64,000 nt of DNA from positions 32,001 through 96,000 of IMG/VR virus record IMGVR_UViG_3300021425_002093; one strand, given 5' to 3'. The translations under genes and the position numbers were made by a program. Below the pieces are notes generated by a model. That model made no database searches and was not told where the DNA came from. It saw only the letters and a program-made list of their open reading frames with translations. Origin of the DNA: a virus. Below are positions 9,689-19,900 of the stretch, piece after piece (position 1 is the first letter of the stretch; every line of letters starts with the position of its first letter).

Positions 9689-10719
9689 TTTCTCCAGAAA
9701 CTTATCTTCAGCTTGCCTTCAAGACCATGATATGTATTAGAATTTATAATATCTTGAACTTCACGAATTGTTAGTCCTGATAATATCATATCATTAATGT
9801 CTTTGTCAACGACTCTATCTGGCCAGATGCACAATTTATATCCGGATGCAATACACTTCTCCATTCTAGAAACGATCTCTTTATTCCTTGGTTCATTGTC
9901 AAAGATAAAGACAGCGTTTTCTGGATTTGGTAGTCCCGAAGCATTTCCATCTGCTCCTGCCATAGCCATACAATTACTTATAAACATGCTGTCTAGCGGA
10001 CCCTCCGCTACGTAATATTTTTTGGTGGTATCGACTACATCAAGGCCAAAAATCTTAGACGAATCTTCGTCTAGCATGATAGTTATATAGCGTAGTTCAT
10101 ATGGATTAAATGCTCTTGCGTTAAATCCAAAAACTTCTCCTCTTCTATTGATGAAGGGCATCACGAGTCTAGGACTATCGTTTTCTAACTCTGGAAGTTT
10201 GTTGGGAATCAGAGTGTTGACCCACGAATTAAAATTAGGAGCATAGTACATTCGCCATTGTTGATTCGTAGGAATCTTTCTCTCTTCAATATACTTACGA
10301 CACATATGATTATGCGGAAGAGAAGAGACTTTTTTGATTCCCCTAAGCGGAGAGTCTTTCTTCGTAAATGCTGGACGCTTGTGTTTTAGTTTATCTAGAG
10401 GCTTTGCGTTCGGCTTGTAGAGTCGCTTTGGAGACTCATACTTTTCTGCTACAGTATCGATAACATAATCATTGAAAAGATTATGATCAACCGCTCTTAG
10501 GAAGTTACGCAAATTATGAGATGCGCCACAGTTGTGACAATAGAAGATAGCTGAATTGTCTTTTTCTAAGATCCAGCCACGAGCCTTGTGCTTTGACTTT
10601 TGAGAATCCCCACAGATAGGACAGCGAAAGTTCGCTCGATAGGGACTATTCTGTTTGATCTTGAAAAGTTCAAGACGAGATGATAAAATGTTGGCGTACT
10701 TTAAATCGACATGATTCAT
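9682..10719 (-). CDS. gp61: DNA primase
   Basis: NFRCPICGDSQK...YCHNCG zinc finger, EGPLDSMF, FDNEPRN, KDINDM TOPRIM motifs. Confidence 0.95.
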   Translation of the reverse strand: MNHVDLKYANILSSRLELFKIKQNSPYRANFRCPICGDSQKSKHKARGWILEKDNSAIFYCHNCGASHNLRNFLRAVDHNLFNDYVIDTVAEKYESPKRLYKPNAKPLDKLKHKRPAFTKKDSPLRGIKKVSSLPHNHMCRKYIEERKIPTNQQWRMYYAPNFNSWVNTLIPNKLPELENDSPRLVMPFINRRGEVFGFNARAFNPYELRYITIMLDEDSSKIFGLDVVDTTKKYYVAEGPLDSMFISNCMAMAGADGNASGLPNPENAVFIFDNEPRNKEIVSRMEKCIASGYKLCIWPDRVVDKDINDMILSGLTIREVQDIINSNTYHGLEGKLKISFWRKC

Positions 10720-10757
10720 AGAATACTCTAGGTGATATTATGATTTGCGATAAAAAA

Positions 10758-10786
10758 ATTATACCATCTAGATGTGTTCTTGTCAA
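10758..10786 (-). promoter_or_regulatory. consensus sigma70 promoter upstream of primase
   Basis: TTGACA-17 nt-TATAAT on the - strand. Confidence 0.8.
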
Positions 10787-10789
10787 TAG

Positions 10790-11245
10790 TTAGACTGCAA
10801 TTATATCCTTGAGTTGTACAGCGGCGAATGCAAGAGCAGTAGCAATTCCAATAGCATAGAACTTCCAGCTTTCTAGCTTAGTAACTCGATCTTCGACCTT
10901 GTTCCAGGCATCTGTGCTTTTTTCATCATGAACACGAAGAAACTCCATAAGCTCTCTATGATTACGCTCCATATCGATTCGAACTTCATGTTCTTTCTGA
11001 GAGATACGCCCATGTATTAGATCGGTCTCTTTTTCGGTCAGTCGCTTTGACTCTCTACTTTCATACTCTACTTGCTCAAGTCGAGTTTCTTGGCCCGCCA
11101 ATATTTTTCCAACGTCTGACGATACTGTAGCGATTTTGTCGATTGCAGTGTCGAGTTTTGCTAATAATCCTTGCATGTTACTAACGTCTCTCTTTAAAAT
11201 CTCCACATCAGACTTTACTTCATGAATACTATTCTGAGTGTCCAT
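10790..11245 (-). CDS. coiled-coil protein with C-terminal transmembrane segment
   Basis: Heptad-rich body, LESWKFYAIGIATALAFAAV tail. Confidence 0.65.
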   Translation of the reverse strand: MDTQNSIHEVKSDVEILKRDVSNMQGLLAKLDTAIDKIATVSSDVGKILAGQETRLEQVEYESRESKRLTEKETDLIHGRISQKEHEVRIDMERNHRELMEFLRVHDEKSTDAWNKVEDRVTKLESWKFYAIGIATALAFAAVQLKDIIAV

Positions 11246-11807
11246 CTTTGTTTACTCCTGTGTGCAGGACCCTTTTAATTATAGAGTTCTTTTTCTTTTT
11301 TTGTAGACGTTTCTGAGCCCGCTTGGAGACACCTGGTTCTCCTTGAGGTCCCACGCCTATACCTGCCACGTTACCCGAACCAGCCGAATTTGCTGGAACT
11401 TCTTCGTCGATAGTATTTTCAAATAAATGATTAATACTATCATCGGAATACATGTTAACTACCATGCTCATGTATTCGTCCAACTTACACTCAACGTATT
11501 CTTCTGTAAGTAAGTCTTCTTCGTATTTCTGGATTTCTTCGCTCTCTTTGATTAGATAGAGGGCTGCAGCATAAGAAGCTAATCGACTCTTGCCACCAGG
11601 CACTTTTTCTAAAAGTCGCTTTAACTTCATGATCATGATGTCGAATATACCGAATGCGTCTTTTTCTTCTCGACGAGTGAATTCTTTACGCTTTTTCAGT
11701 TGATTTCCATTCTCGTCGATAATACCAAGCTCATAAGCCTTCCACTCCTTGAAGGGAGTCGCAAGTCTCTTAATGAACTGATATACTAAAAAAAGATCGA
11801 CGATCAT
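11229..11807 (-). CDS. conserved hypothetical protein of T4-like phages
   Basis: LATPFKEWKAYELGIIDENG, KLKRLLEKVPG, EEVPANSAGSG. Confidence 0.7.
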   Translation of the reverse strand: MIVDLFLVYQFIKRLATPFKEWKAYELGIIDENGNQLKKRKEFTRREEKDAFGIFDIMIMKLKRLLEKVPGGKSRLASYAAALYLIKESEEIQKYEEDLLTEEYVECKLDEYMSMVVNMYSDDSINHLFENTIDEEVPANSAGSGNVAGIGVGPQGEPGVSKRAQKRLQKKKKNSIIKRVLHTGVNKDGHSE

Positions 11808-12178
11808 ATTTTCCGTAACTCTTGGACTATGTTTATGTCTAGCGGAATATCCGTAGACTTTATTTGTACGTCTTCATACTCAATAAATTCCGGCATATAG
11901 CTCAAGTAAATAACAAAGGGCTTTAGATGATGATGATACATCTTAAGCTTTAGAAACAACATGTTTGTTGCTGCCGGACCAAAGCAATTGTAAATAATTA
12001 TGAGATGATTCAATATTAGTCGTACTCTTAGATCCCCATCTTCCTTATATCGCTTAAATAATCGTTTTACATGCTGAAACCTTTTAGCGTCTTCATAAAA
12101 GTCTTCAGCACTTGCGGCAGATTTCATATCATAATGCTTAGCCGCATATAGCAAAAAAGTAGAATCATCTAATCTCAT
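11804..12178 (-). CDS. conserved hypothetical protein of T4-like phages
   Basis: FLLYAAKHY, EDFYED.KRF, RLILNHLIIIYNCFG. Confidence 0.75.
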   Translation of the reverse strand: MRLDDSTFLLYAAKHYDMKSAASAEDFYEDAKRFQHVKRLFKRYKEDGDLRVRLILNHLIIIYNCFGPAATNMLFLKLKMYHHHLKPFVIYLSYMPEFIEYEDVQIKSTDIPLDINIVQELRKI

Positions 12179-12198
12179 TATTATTCATTACTCACATC

Positions 12199-12223
12199 AA
12201 AAAGCGCTCCCCCGAAGGGGAGC
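12199..12223 (-). terminator. rho-independent terminator
   Basis: GCTCCCC-TTCG-GGGGAGC followed by GCTTTTT on the - strand (cUUCGg tetraloop). Confidence 0.85.
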
Positions 12224-12241
12224 ATTAAAGCTAATGTAATA

Positions 12242-13096
12242 TTAAGCTGTTACTGTTAGCGTAGACGTTGTTGACGGAGCAGTTGTGACGCCATCTCCGC
12301 CAGGGAAGCTCGCTGAAGCAGTCACTCGGAACGTAGCACCGTTCAATGCAAGTGGTGCTGGGAACGAGATTGTGCTTTCCAATACTCCCAATCCGCCTGC
12401 TGTCTCTTCGATATCAGTGATCGAATCAACATCTTCCCAAGCTGTACCGCCCAGTGGGTCGTACTCCCAAGTGTAGCTAACAGTTGCACTATCAGAGTTA
12501 GTCTGAGTCGTTACTGTAAATGTAGCAGTTTCGCCGTCAGCAACTGTAAGTGTTGTAGCTGGCTGAGCAAGGAACGCAAATGTAGCTTCAGGTGTTACTA
12601 CGTCTTCAGCATCACCAGAAACGCTTGCAGGTACACCCATTGCAACAATAGGCTCAGCGGCGTAACGAGTTACTGCTCCACCGTTTGTGGTCCAAGTGCG
12701 AAGCGTGTTCCAGCCTCCTGTCTTCAAACCTTGATCAGCGTTAGTGCTAACACCAGCTTCTTCAACATCGATGAAGTATGCAGGTGGTTCAGCAACTTTC
12801 TGAAGCGAATCGTCAGTTGCGCCAGCGCCAGTAGTCAAGCCAATAGCCGCACCACCTTCTGTAGCCGCAAGCTGAATTGTGTCAGCAGTTCGACCAACAA
12901 CAAAATATTGTGTTCCTGTCACTAAACCCGTGATAGCGGAAGTTGAAGTATACAACACTTCGTCTCCATTCTCGAAAGAATGTGCTGTCAGCGTGATATC
13001 ATTGCCAGTAGCAACAGCAGTTCCATCAAAAGTTACTGCAGGTTGTAGATACTTAGGCACATCAGCAAAAGTATCTGTATTTCCCCATAGTGCCAT
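12242..13096 (-). CDS. virion surface protein with C-terminal Ig-like domain (Hoc-like decoration candidate)
   Basis: MALWGNTD start, HSFENGDEVLY beta-barrel module, AQP...ATFTVT...SYTWE...LNGATFRV Ig fold. Confidence 0.65.
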   Translation of the reverse strand: MALWGNTDTFADVPKYLQPAVTFDGTAVATGNDITLTAHSFENGDEVLYTSTSAITGLVTGTQYFVVGRTADTIQLAATEGGAAIGLTTGAGATDDSLQKVAEPPAYFIDVEEAGVSTNADQGLKTGGWNTLRTWTTNGGAVTRYAAEPIVAMGVPASVSGDAEDVVTPEATFAFLAQPATTLTVADGETATFTVTTQTNSDSATVSYTWEYDPLGGTAWEDVDSITDIEETAGGLGVLESTISFPAPLALNGATFRVTASASFPGGDGVTTAPSTTSTLTVTA

Positions 13097-13141
13097 TGTG
13101 TTTCTCCTTTATGAGTAAATTATTCTTACTATTTATCTTAT

Positions 13142-15163
13142 TTAGTCTTCGACTTTGGTGGGTAGTCCCTTGTGCTTAGTCTTTGCAAAGTCTTCAAGAT
13201 CCTTTTCAGACATAGAACTAGCGATCTTCTTTACTTCGTCTGAAGCATCATCCATCTCACCACGCTTGTATGCGAGAGCCATGCCCATGAGCTTCTGTTG
13301 TGATTTAGAAACTGCTTTCTCATCAAGTTCAACTGATTCTTTCATTGACTTAATATGAGCAATCGCCGCTACTTTTGCTTTAGGTAATGAACTAAACTCT
13401 TTCCAAGGCTTGTCATTAATATGAACGACAACGGGGTCGGTCATCTTGTTGCCTTTTCTATAATATGTGTGGCTGGTGCCTTTGTAGACATGACCGATCA
13501 TAAATTTCATACCAGCAGGCACTTTTGGTGCTTCATCAAGTTTTTGTTTGATCTGATGCTCTTCGAGACTCTGATTCTCTTCCGCAAGAGTTCGTAAAAA
13601 TGCTTCTTCTATAGACTCGACATACATGTTGAGTTCATAGCTCTTGCCTGTGTTATATACTTGGACGTGAAGATTCTTCTTAGTGTTAGTAGGAAGAATA
13701 AATGAGTTAGTCTTACCCGAAGAAGGCTTCTTTGGACCCATTGCAACTTTGTCATGCACAGCGTCCATATCAACTTTTACTTTGTGCTTCTTCTCAGCAT
13801 GAGCGTATGCGTGTTGTAGTGCATCGGAGTATGTCTTGTGATAAATGTCATATCCTGTAGCAGATTGACCAGCGTTTCTTTTTACTTCGTCAACCTGCAC
13901 GACTGATTCGAAAAGTTCTGGAAATTCATCTTCAATTTCATCTTTATCCCATTCTAAAGCATCTTTGTCCATCAAGAACTTAACAATGTTCTTTTTATCA
14001 CCAGTGATTTGATAATCTCTACCTTTATCAACTACCTTGACACGGTATTTTCTTTGAACCTTTTTGGCTCGTGCTGGTTCATCATCAAAGTAAGGAATAT
14101 CTACTCTGATAGAGGTAGCTTCAGTAACCTGCTCGACTTCTTCTCCGAATGCGCCATATGGATCATCGTATGAAGTCATACGCTTGTCGCCTTCAGCGTA
14201 TGAGTGAAGTGTTTGCATCATGCTGTGTGCGTTTGCAAGTTTATTCTGATACCACTCTTCCATATCTCCAGACATTTCGAGATAATCAGAAATTTCTTCA
14301 GCGGCATACTGAATAAAGTGTAACTGACGAATCGCCATGCTCACTTCATCGTAACCTTCGTCGAGATCGACTGACTCATTAACTGCAGGCTTGATTGCCA
14401 AAAGACCCATTTTAGACTTGGGTACTTTCAACATTTGAGCCGCTTTCATCTTAGCACCATACAAGTCTTTTGCTTCGCCTTTTTTAATTTCAACCTTCTT
14501 GCCACCATACATAGCAATCCAGCCAGCAAATTCAGACTCTTCGAGATCGACTGACTCACGCATGACTCGACCACCCTTCCACATACCATGCTTCTGGAAT
14601 ATCTGGTGTACGCCATCACGAGGATCAGTGTCCATTCCACGAATGAACTTCTGCATTGCCATGAACGTTTTGTCCTGTTTGTTTACGTCTGACTCTTTAC
14701 CAAGTTGACGAACGAACTGACCAACACGTTCGAAATCTTTCTTATCTATACCACCATGCTTCTTTGCATAGTCATCAAATGCCTTTGCGACCTTGAAGTA
14801 GTCTACTGCTTCATCGAGATCGACTGACTCGCTCAGAATCTTGTATGACTTGATGGTTGCCCCCATGTCACCTAGTGCAAGGGTTGCGTCTTTGCCATCT
14901 CGACTATAGAGATGAAACTTCATACCGCCTGGTTTGTTGGGATCAACCATGTTGACTTTATCGACATTGTGCTTAGCACTTCGAGTCTTGCTCTTGACTT
15001 GAAATGTGCGTGTCTGACTAGAACTAATTGAAGAACCGTATGTAATCTCAATCTTAGAACCCTTCTTCAACTTGTCAAAATCAGATCGTGACACAGTTGC
15101 TTCATCAAGTTTAACTGACTCTTTTGTATCAGTAGTCTTCAAAAAAGTTTTTAACGTTTTCAT
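13142..15163 (-). CDS. modular internal head protein with repeated ESVxLxE linkers
   Basis: MKTLKTFL start; about 9 acidic linkers; C-terminal AVSKSQQKLMGMA...FAKTKHKGLP module. Confidence 0.7.
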   Translation of the reverse strand: MKTLKTFLKTTDTKESVKLDEATVSRSDFDKLKKGSKIEITYGSSISSSQTRTFQVKSKTRSAKHNVDKVNMVDPNKPGGMKFHLYSRDGKDATLALGDMGATIKSYKILSESVDLDEAVDYFKVAKAFDDYAKKHGGIDKKDFERVGQFVRQLGKESDVNKQDKTFMAMQKFIRGMDTDPRDGVHQIFQKHGMWKGGRVMRESVDLEESEFAGWIAMYGGKKVEIKKGEAKDLYGAKMKAAQMLKVPKSKMGLLAIKPAVNESVDLDEGYDEVSMAIRQLHFIQYAAEEISDYLEMSGDMEEWYQNKLANAHSMMQTLHSYAEGDKRMTSYDDPYGAFGEEVEQVTEATSIRVDIPYFDDEPARAKKVQRKYRVKVVDKGRDYQITGDKKNIVKFLMDKDALEWDKDEIEDEFPELFESVVQVDEVKRNAGQSATGYDIYHKTYSDALQHAYAHAEKKHKVKVDMDAVHDKVAMGPKKPSSGKTNSFILPTNTKKNLHVQVYNTGKSYELNMYVESIEEAFLRTLAEENQSLEEHQIKQKLDEAPKVPAGMKFMIGHVYKGTSHTYYRKGNKMTDPVVVHINDKPWKEFSSLPKAKVAAIAHIKSMKESVELDEKAVSKSQQKLMGMALAYKRGEMDDASDEVKKIASSMSEKDLEDFAKTKHKGLPTKVED
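14361..14830. repeat. three exact 17-bp direct repeats (TCGAGATCGACTGACTC) encoding the ESVDL(D/E) linker
   Basis: Copies at 14361-14377, 14541-14557, 14814-14830; degenerate copies near 13320 and 15101. Confidence 0.9.
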
Positions 15164-15176
15164 CAGTAATTTCCTA

Positions 15177-16055
15177 TTAGTACTTGGAATACTCTTTCAT
15201 GCCTCGAAGTGCGCCAGCGAGAGCAATAGCTTGAGGACCTTTACACTTGGCGACCTTCATGGCTTGTTGAACTTGAGCCATAGTATATGGGCCCATATTA
15301 CCAATCTTTGCTTCATCAACCTGCTCGACTTCTTCGTTTGCTAGTTGCAATGCGCCTTTGACTTTAGGATGACTAGATAATCCTTTCTTTAACTTCTCGA
15401 TTGCTTTGGTAGCACCAGTCATGTTTCCTGCCATGTCTTTAGCGATTCGCATTGCCCTAACCACTTGACGATCACGCATAGTTGACTCATTCATATCTTC
15501 TTCGTCATCATCGTCATCATCGTCATCATGATAGCCTTCACCATCGCAATGATCGCACTCTTCGCCGTCTACTTCACCAGTGCCTTCGCACTTCTCGCAG
15601 TCTTCCTTTTCTTCGCTAATAGCGTCTTGTCCGTTTTCAGTGACTGGATTCTCGTCAGCCAACAGCGGATCTTGCTCTTCTTTTGTTACTGCCTTAGAAA
15701 TAGCCTTTCTGCGCTTGTGTAGATACTCATCTGAGGAATCAACGTCACCGTCGTTATCGATATCTTGATCTTGTCGATCATCAAAGTCTTTTTTGACAGC
15801 CTTTTTGTTTACGGGATCAAGCTTATCTTCTTTCATCTTTTTCTTTCCGTAAGAAGCTTGAATGTTTCCTCCGCAAGATGACTCTTCGACAGATTGCTCT
15901 ACAGTTTCTTGTGCAGGCTCGTGCTGACTCATAACATTGGCAGCATCTTCTACCGCAGATGGAGCTTGTTCTTCGGCGCTATATGTAGGATCTAATGCCT
16001 TAGAGAAAGCACTCATAAATGTATCTGGGAGCGGATGTACTGGTTGCTTTTTCAT
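15177..16055 (-). CDS. acidic probable internal head protein with EF-hand-like loop and CxxCxGxG pair
   Basis: DIDNDGDVDSSDEYL; CEKCEGTG...CDHCDGEG; poly-Asp; preceded by CATAAATA at 16091-16098. Confidence 0.6.
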   Translation of the reverse strand: MKKQPVHPLPDTFMSAFSKALDPTYSAEEQAPSAVEDAANVMSQHEPAQETVEQSVEESSCGGNIQASYGKKKMKEDKLDPVNKKAVKKDFDDRQDQDIDNDGDVDSSDEYLHKRRKAISKAVTKEEQDPLLADENPVTENGQDAISEEKEDCEKCEGTGEVDGEECDHCDGEGYHDDDDDDDDEEDMNESTMRDRQVVRAMRIAKDMAGNMTGATKAIEKLKKGLSSHPKVKGALQLANEEVEQVDEAKIGNMGPYTMAQVQQAMKVAKCKGPQAIALAGALRGMKEYSKY

Positions 16056-16093
16056 TTTTATAATTCCCTAATAAAGTTTAGTATTCTTAGTAT

Positions 16094-16930
16094 TTATGCT
16101 AATCGAGACTTCATTCTACCCCATGTAATCGGGCCTACAATGCCGTCTGGACACAGATCGTTTTCCATCTGGAATCTCATTACTGCGTCTTGTGTGTCTT
16201 CTCCAAAAAAACCATCAGCAGGGATATCTAAAAGATTTTGTAGTTCTACAACTTGATTTCCTTTAGATCCCATGTGCATATCAATGTGCATGGAAGTATC
16301 CGTGTCATGATGAATGTCAATTCCCATTAAATTTAGGACTTCTTCATAGTGTTCTGTTCTCTCAGTCAAACCGATGTATCCTCCATTAATTTTCCTTGTG
16401 ATCGCCTTAATATCTCGCTGATCAGCATATGCATTTAAATTACGAGTATCCCAATACCAGAGAGCAGAATGTAACGCACCTCGCTTTGTCTCTAAATATT
16501 GGATTGTTTCGTCCAGAGTTTTACCAACATGCTTTGCAAACTTAGTATAGTTTTCTTTGCCCGTTAGCTGTATCACTCCCCTTCCTCTGAATTTATATCC
16601 TTCTCCAGACTCTGTATCTCCGTTACCCATTCGGTTCGCATATATTACATTTGCGATCTTCACGGGCTGTCTATGATACGCTTCAACATTCTTATTCTTA
16701 AAATACTTTCCAAATAGCTTGGAAAGTGCATCAGAAGAATAATTTAAGTTTTCAGACAACACTTTAAACTGTGAACTCTCATGAGAACACTGTGCTAGAA
16801 AAGCGGCTAGTCTTTCCGGTGTCGTGATACCATAGTCTTCTAGCATATCGTTGAGTAGATCATACCACTCATCAATTTCTTTATTGCGAGGCAAGATCTG
16901 CTCAAGTAGATCTTTTCTAATCACCCTCAT
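16094..16930 (-). CDS. endolysin: GH19 lysozyme/chitinase domain plus C-terminal peptidoglycan-binding domain
   Basis: AAFLAQCSHES, ENLNYS, FRGRGVIQLTGKENY, TRKINGG; LQNLL...ADGFFG..T..AV..FQ...DGIVGPITW. Confidence 0.9.
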   Translation of the reverse strand: MRVIRKDLLEQILPRNKEIDEWYDLLNDMLEDYGITTPERLAAFLAQCSHESSQFKVLSENLNYSSDALSKLFGKYFKNKNVEAYHRQPVKIANVIYANRMGNGDTESGEGYKFRGRGVIQLTGKENYTKFAKHVGKTLDETIQYLETKRGALHSALWYWDTRNLNAYADQRDIKAITRKINGGYIGLTERTEHYEEVLNLMGIDIHHDTDTSMHIDMHMGSKGNQVVELQNLLDIPADGFFGEDTQDAVMRFQMENDLCPDGIVGPITWGRMKSRLA

Positions 16931-16936
16931 AATTTA

Positions 16937-19900
16937 TCACTCGTACTTAATAACTGGATTAGGCGTCTTAAATGCTTTCTTACGCATGATTGTTTTGTTT
17001 ACAACTTCGAACTCACCGTTCTTCCAGTTTACAACAACGGGAAGATTCAGATCCGATTGCATATCTTTGAGGACAGCTTCAGCGTTACCGTGCTTCTTGA
17101 TTCGCTTACCCTTGTTGTCTGCCATCTTCTTAAAGAGTCGTTGTAACTCAGCAACTGTAATAGCAGGCTTGTTGCGAGGATCATTGAGTCGATCAGCGAA
17201 GTGTCTCGTAAATTCGATGTCTACGTCAAACTTGTTGAGCAAGCGATCTGCAAACTTTTCGAGATCGTTGATCTGCTGTTGAGTAACTTCTTCAACAAGA
17301 TCTCCCACTTGCTTTGTTGATACCCAAACACGTCCACCTTCTTCTCTGTGAAGTGACAACATATCCTCTTTATTGCCGATTGCAACTACTTCTCTTTCCT
17401 TTACGAGAGCATAGTGAGTTTCATCAGCGCCGATAGCGTCTTCACCGACTTTGATTGTCTTGCTTCGAACAGTTTCTTTCACGCAGTTTGGAACAGGCTT
17501 ACCTTTCTTCCCTTTCTTCATTCCAACTTGCTTATATCCATCCCAACAAGGATCTTGTTCGTCTAGAGCCTCTCGCTCCTTTTTCATTTTTTGGATCATT
17601 TGCTCAAGTTCTTTTACACGTTCGTCTGCGCTTTTACCAGTTGTTCTTTTGGTATAAGCGTTATAGCTTTTCCACAAGCGATCTTGAGCAGACATTTTTC
17701 GACTCTTGCGAGCTTCTTTAAAAGTCTTCTTAGGCTTTTCGCCTCGCTCTTTCTTAGAGATAGCAATAGCCGCTTGCTGTGCGGGAGAAACTGCTTCATT
17801 TACCGACTCGTAAATCAAATCCATCATTGGACTGTATGTGCTACCTGTCTTAGTTACAAGCCCGTGTTTAGTAAGAAGGCTTTTTATCTCTTTACCTTCT
17901 TCTGTACCGTATGCTTTACTAGAGATATTATTGATTCTTGAGATTTCTTTATCAATGATTCCTTCGTGCTTATAATCAGTCCGCCCAGAAGTGCTTTTCC
18001 CTAAAACCCGCATCGACTGCACAATCGTTAATAGTGCATCTTCGATTGACTGAAAGTTTCTGCTCTTGTTTTTGCTAAAGTCTCTGGCGGCAGTCTTGAG
18101 TTTATCAACATTTTTCATGTTGACTTCTTCGTTGACCGATTCCTTCTTGACCTTAGATGCTAGATCTTTATCTGCTCCGCCCCAAGTTCCTTTACCCTTA
18201 GTGATAAACGAATTGACACGAGCATACGCCCACTGCTGTTGAGTAGCACCTGGGCGATGCCCTGTCTTCCACGCTGCCATTCCCCGATCATAAACTTTTT
18301 TGAGAATACTATATGGAATTCCGGACTTATCAGCCTTTTTCATCAATGCTTCTTTTGACTCTTCAGTCAACTCATATGTTTCAGTTGCCAACCGAGGACG
18401 AGTACTACGATTCTTACGCTGAACATCAGCAGCTCTCGCACGATCTTGAATCTGATCAACCTCTTTTCTGACTCGATTGCGAATTCTCTTAATCTGATCC
18501 TTTGCTCGTTCCATGTTAGGACCTTCTTCCAAAGACTCCCCATACATTTGACGATACTTTTTAGTGTGCTTAGACTCTTTTGTCTTCGCATCATCGTCGC
18601 CCGGTGCAGACTTGTAAGAGCTAGGACTATCATCGTCCGCTTTTACGCCTTTACGGAATTGCTTTGCTCTTGCTTCTTTTTCAGAATCAGAAAGTCCCTT
18701 GTAATACTTTTTGGGCTGAGTCCCAGGCTGATCTTTTACGTCTGGATCTTGTGCAACCTTTTGCTCGCTGACAGTCTCACCGGGCGTGTCTCTCTTGTAT
18801 CGCTTAGTTACTTTTTCAGTACCACGATCACCTGCGCCACCTTCTTCTTGAACCATTTTTGCAAGAGTCTTAGCGTCTACATTATCGAATTGCTTTGCAA
18901 TAACTTGAGCGTAATAAACTGGAGAATGACGACCGGGTTTTTCTTTTTTCTTACGTGCAAGTAGTTTCTTTAAAAGCTGAGCGGCTACAGCGTATTGCTT
19001 TCGATTGACTGTTACAGACTTAAGCTTTTTGATGCCCCACGGATCATTGTCGCTGAGCGACTTTTCATCGATGGTGTTAGTAATCTCTTCGATAAGCTGT
19101 AGCAACTCTACGTCATTGACTTCTTCAAACTGACTTTGCTTTTTCTTAAATGCTTTGAATCGACCATCTAGCTTGATTGATCCTTCCTTATTAAACATCT
19201 GATGGTAACGCTTCTGTCTTGGTGTCTCGTTATCGGGAGTCAGTACAGGATTCATTTCTTCGCTTTTCGTCATAAACTTTTGACGATCAGCTTTCTTGAC
19301 CTGAGGTAAAAGTCTCTTAGCAATTCTGTCGATGATTGCTTTACGCTTTGCGACTTTCTTATCAATGAGCATTTTTTGTGCGGGACTGAGATCTTTATAG
19401 TTAGCGCCTTGCTTACCCGCAACCTTTTTACGAATCAGTTGAATTGCTTTCTTGCGAGAGCGAGTTTTAAGCTTGCTTGCGTCTGCAAATCGTCTACGCA
19501 TTCTCTTACGAGCCATGGCGATCTTAGTCTTATATCGACGCATAGTAAGGGCACGCTTTCTTCGTTGTTGAATAGTCATCACTTCATCGAGTGATTCCAT
19601 TTCTTCTTCGAGTTTAGCGAGTTTCATTCCACCACGAACCATGTCGTAGATGTTCTTAGCGTTTCGCTGGAGTTTCTTTGGGAGGCCCTTCTTAAAGCCC
19701 TCAAGATCGCCCTGAGACGCTAGCTTACGCATAACAGAAGCAGACATAGTATCAGCAGTCATATTCTTAGCTTCATCTGAGTCGGGATCTGTGCGCTCTC
19801 CGGCAGAAACTACTTCGATGTCGTCAAAGGTAAAGTCTTTACCGTTGTACTTGTTAAGCAGAGTATCAAATTCCGAGATTCTATCAGCACCAACAACGAG

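Noticed and set aside
14361-14830. 17-bp direct repeats as a possible CRISPR array
   Set aside because: Spacing of 180 and 273 bp is too long and irregular, the repeats are in frame within an ORF, and no cas genes are present.
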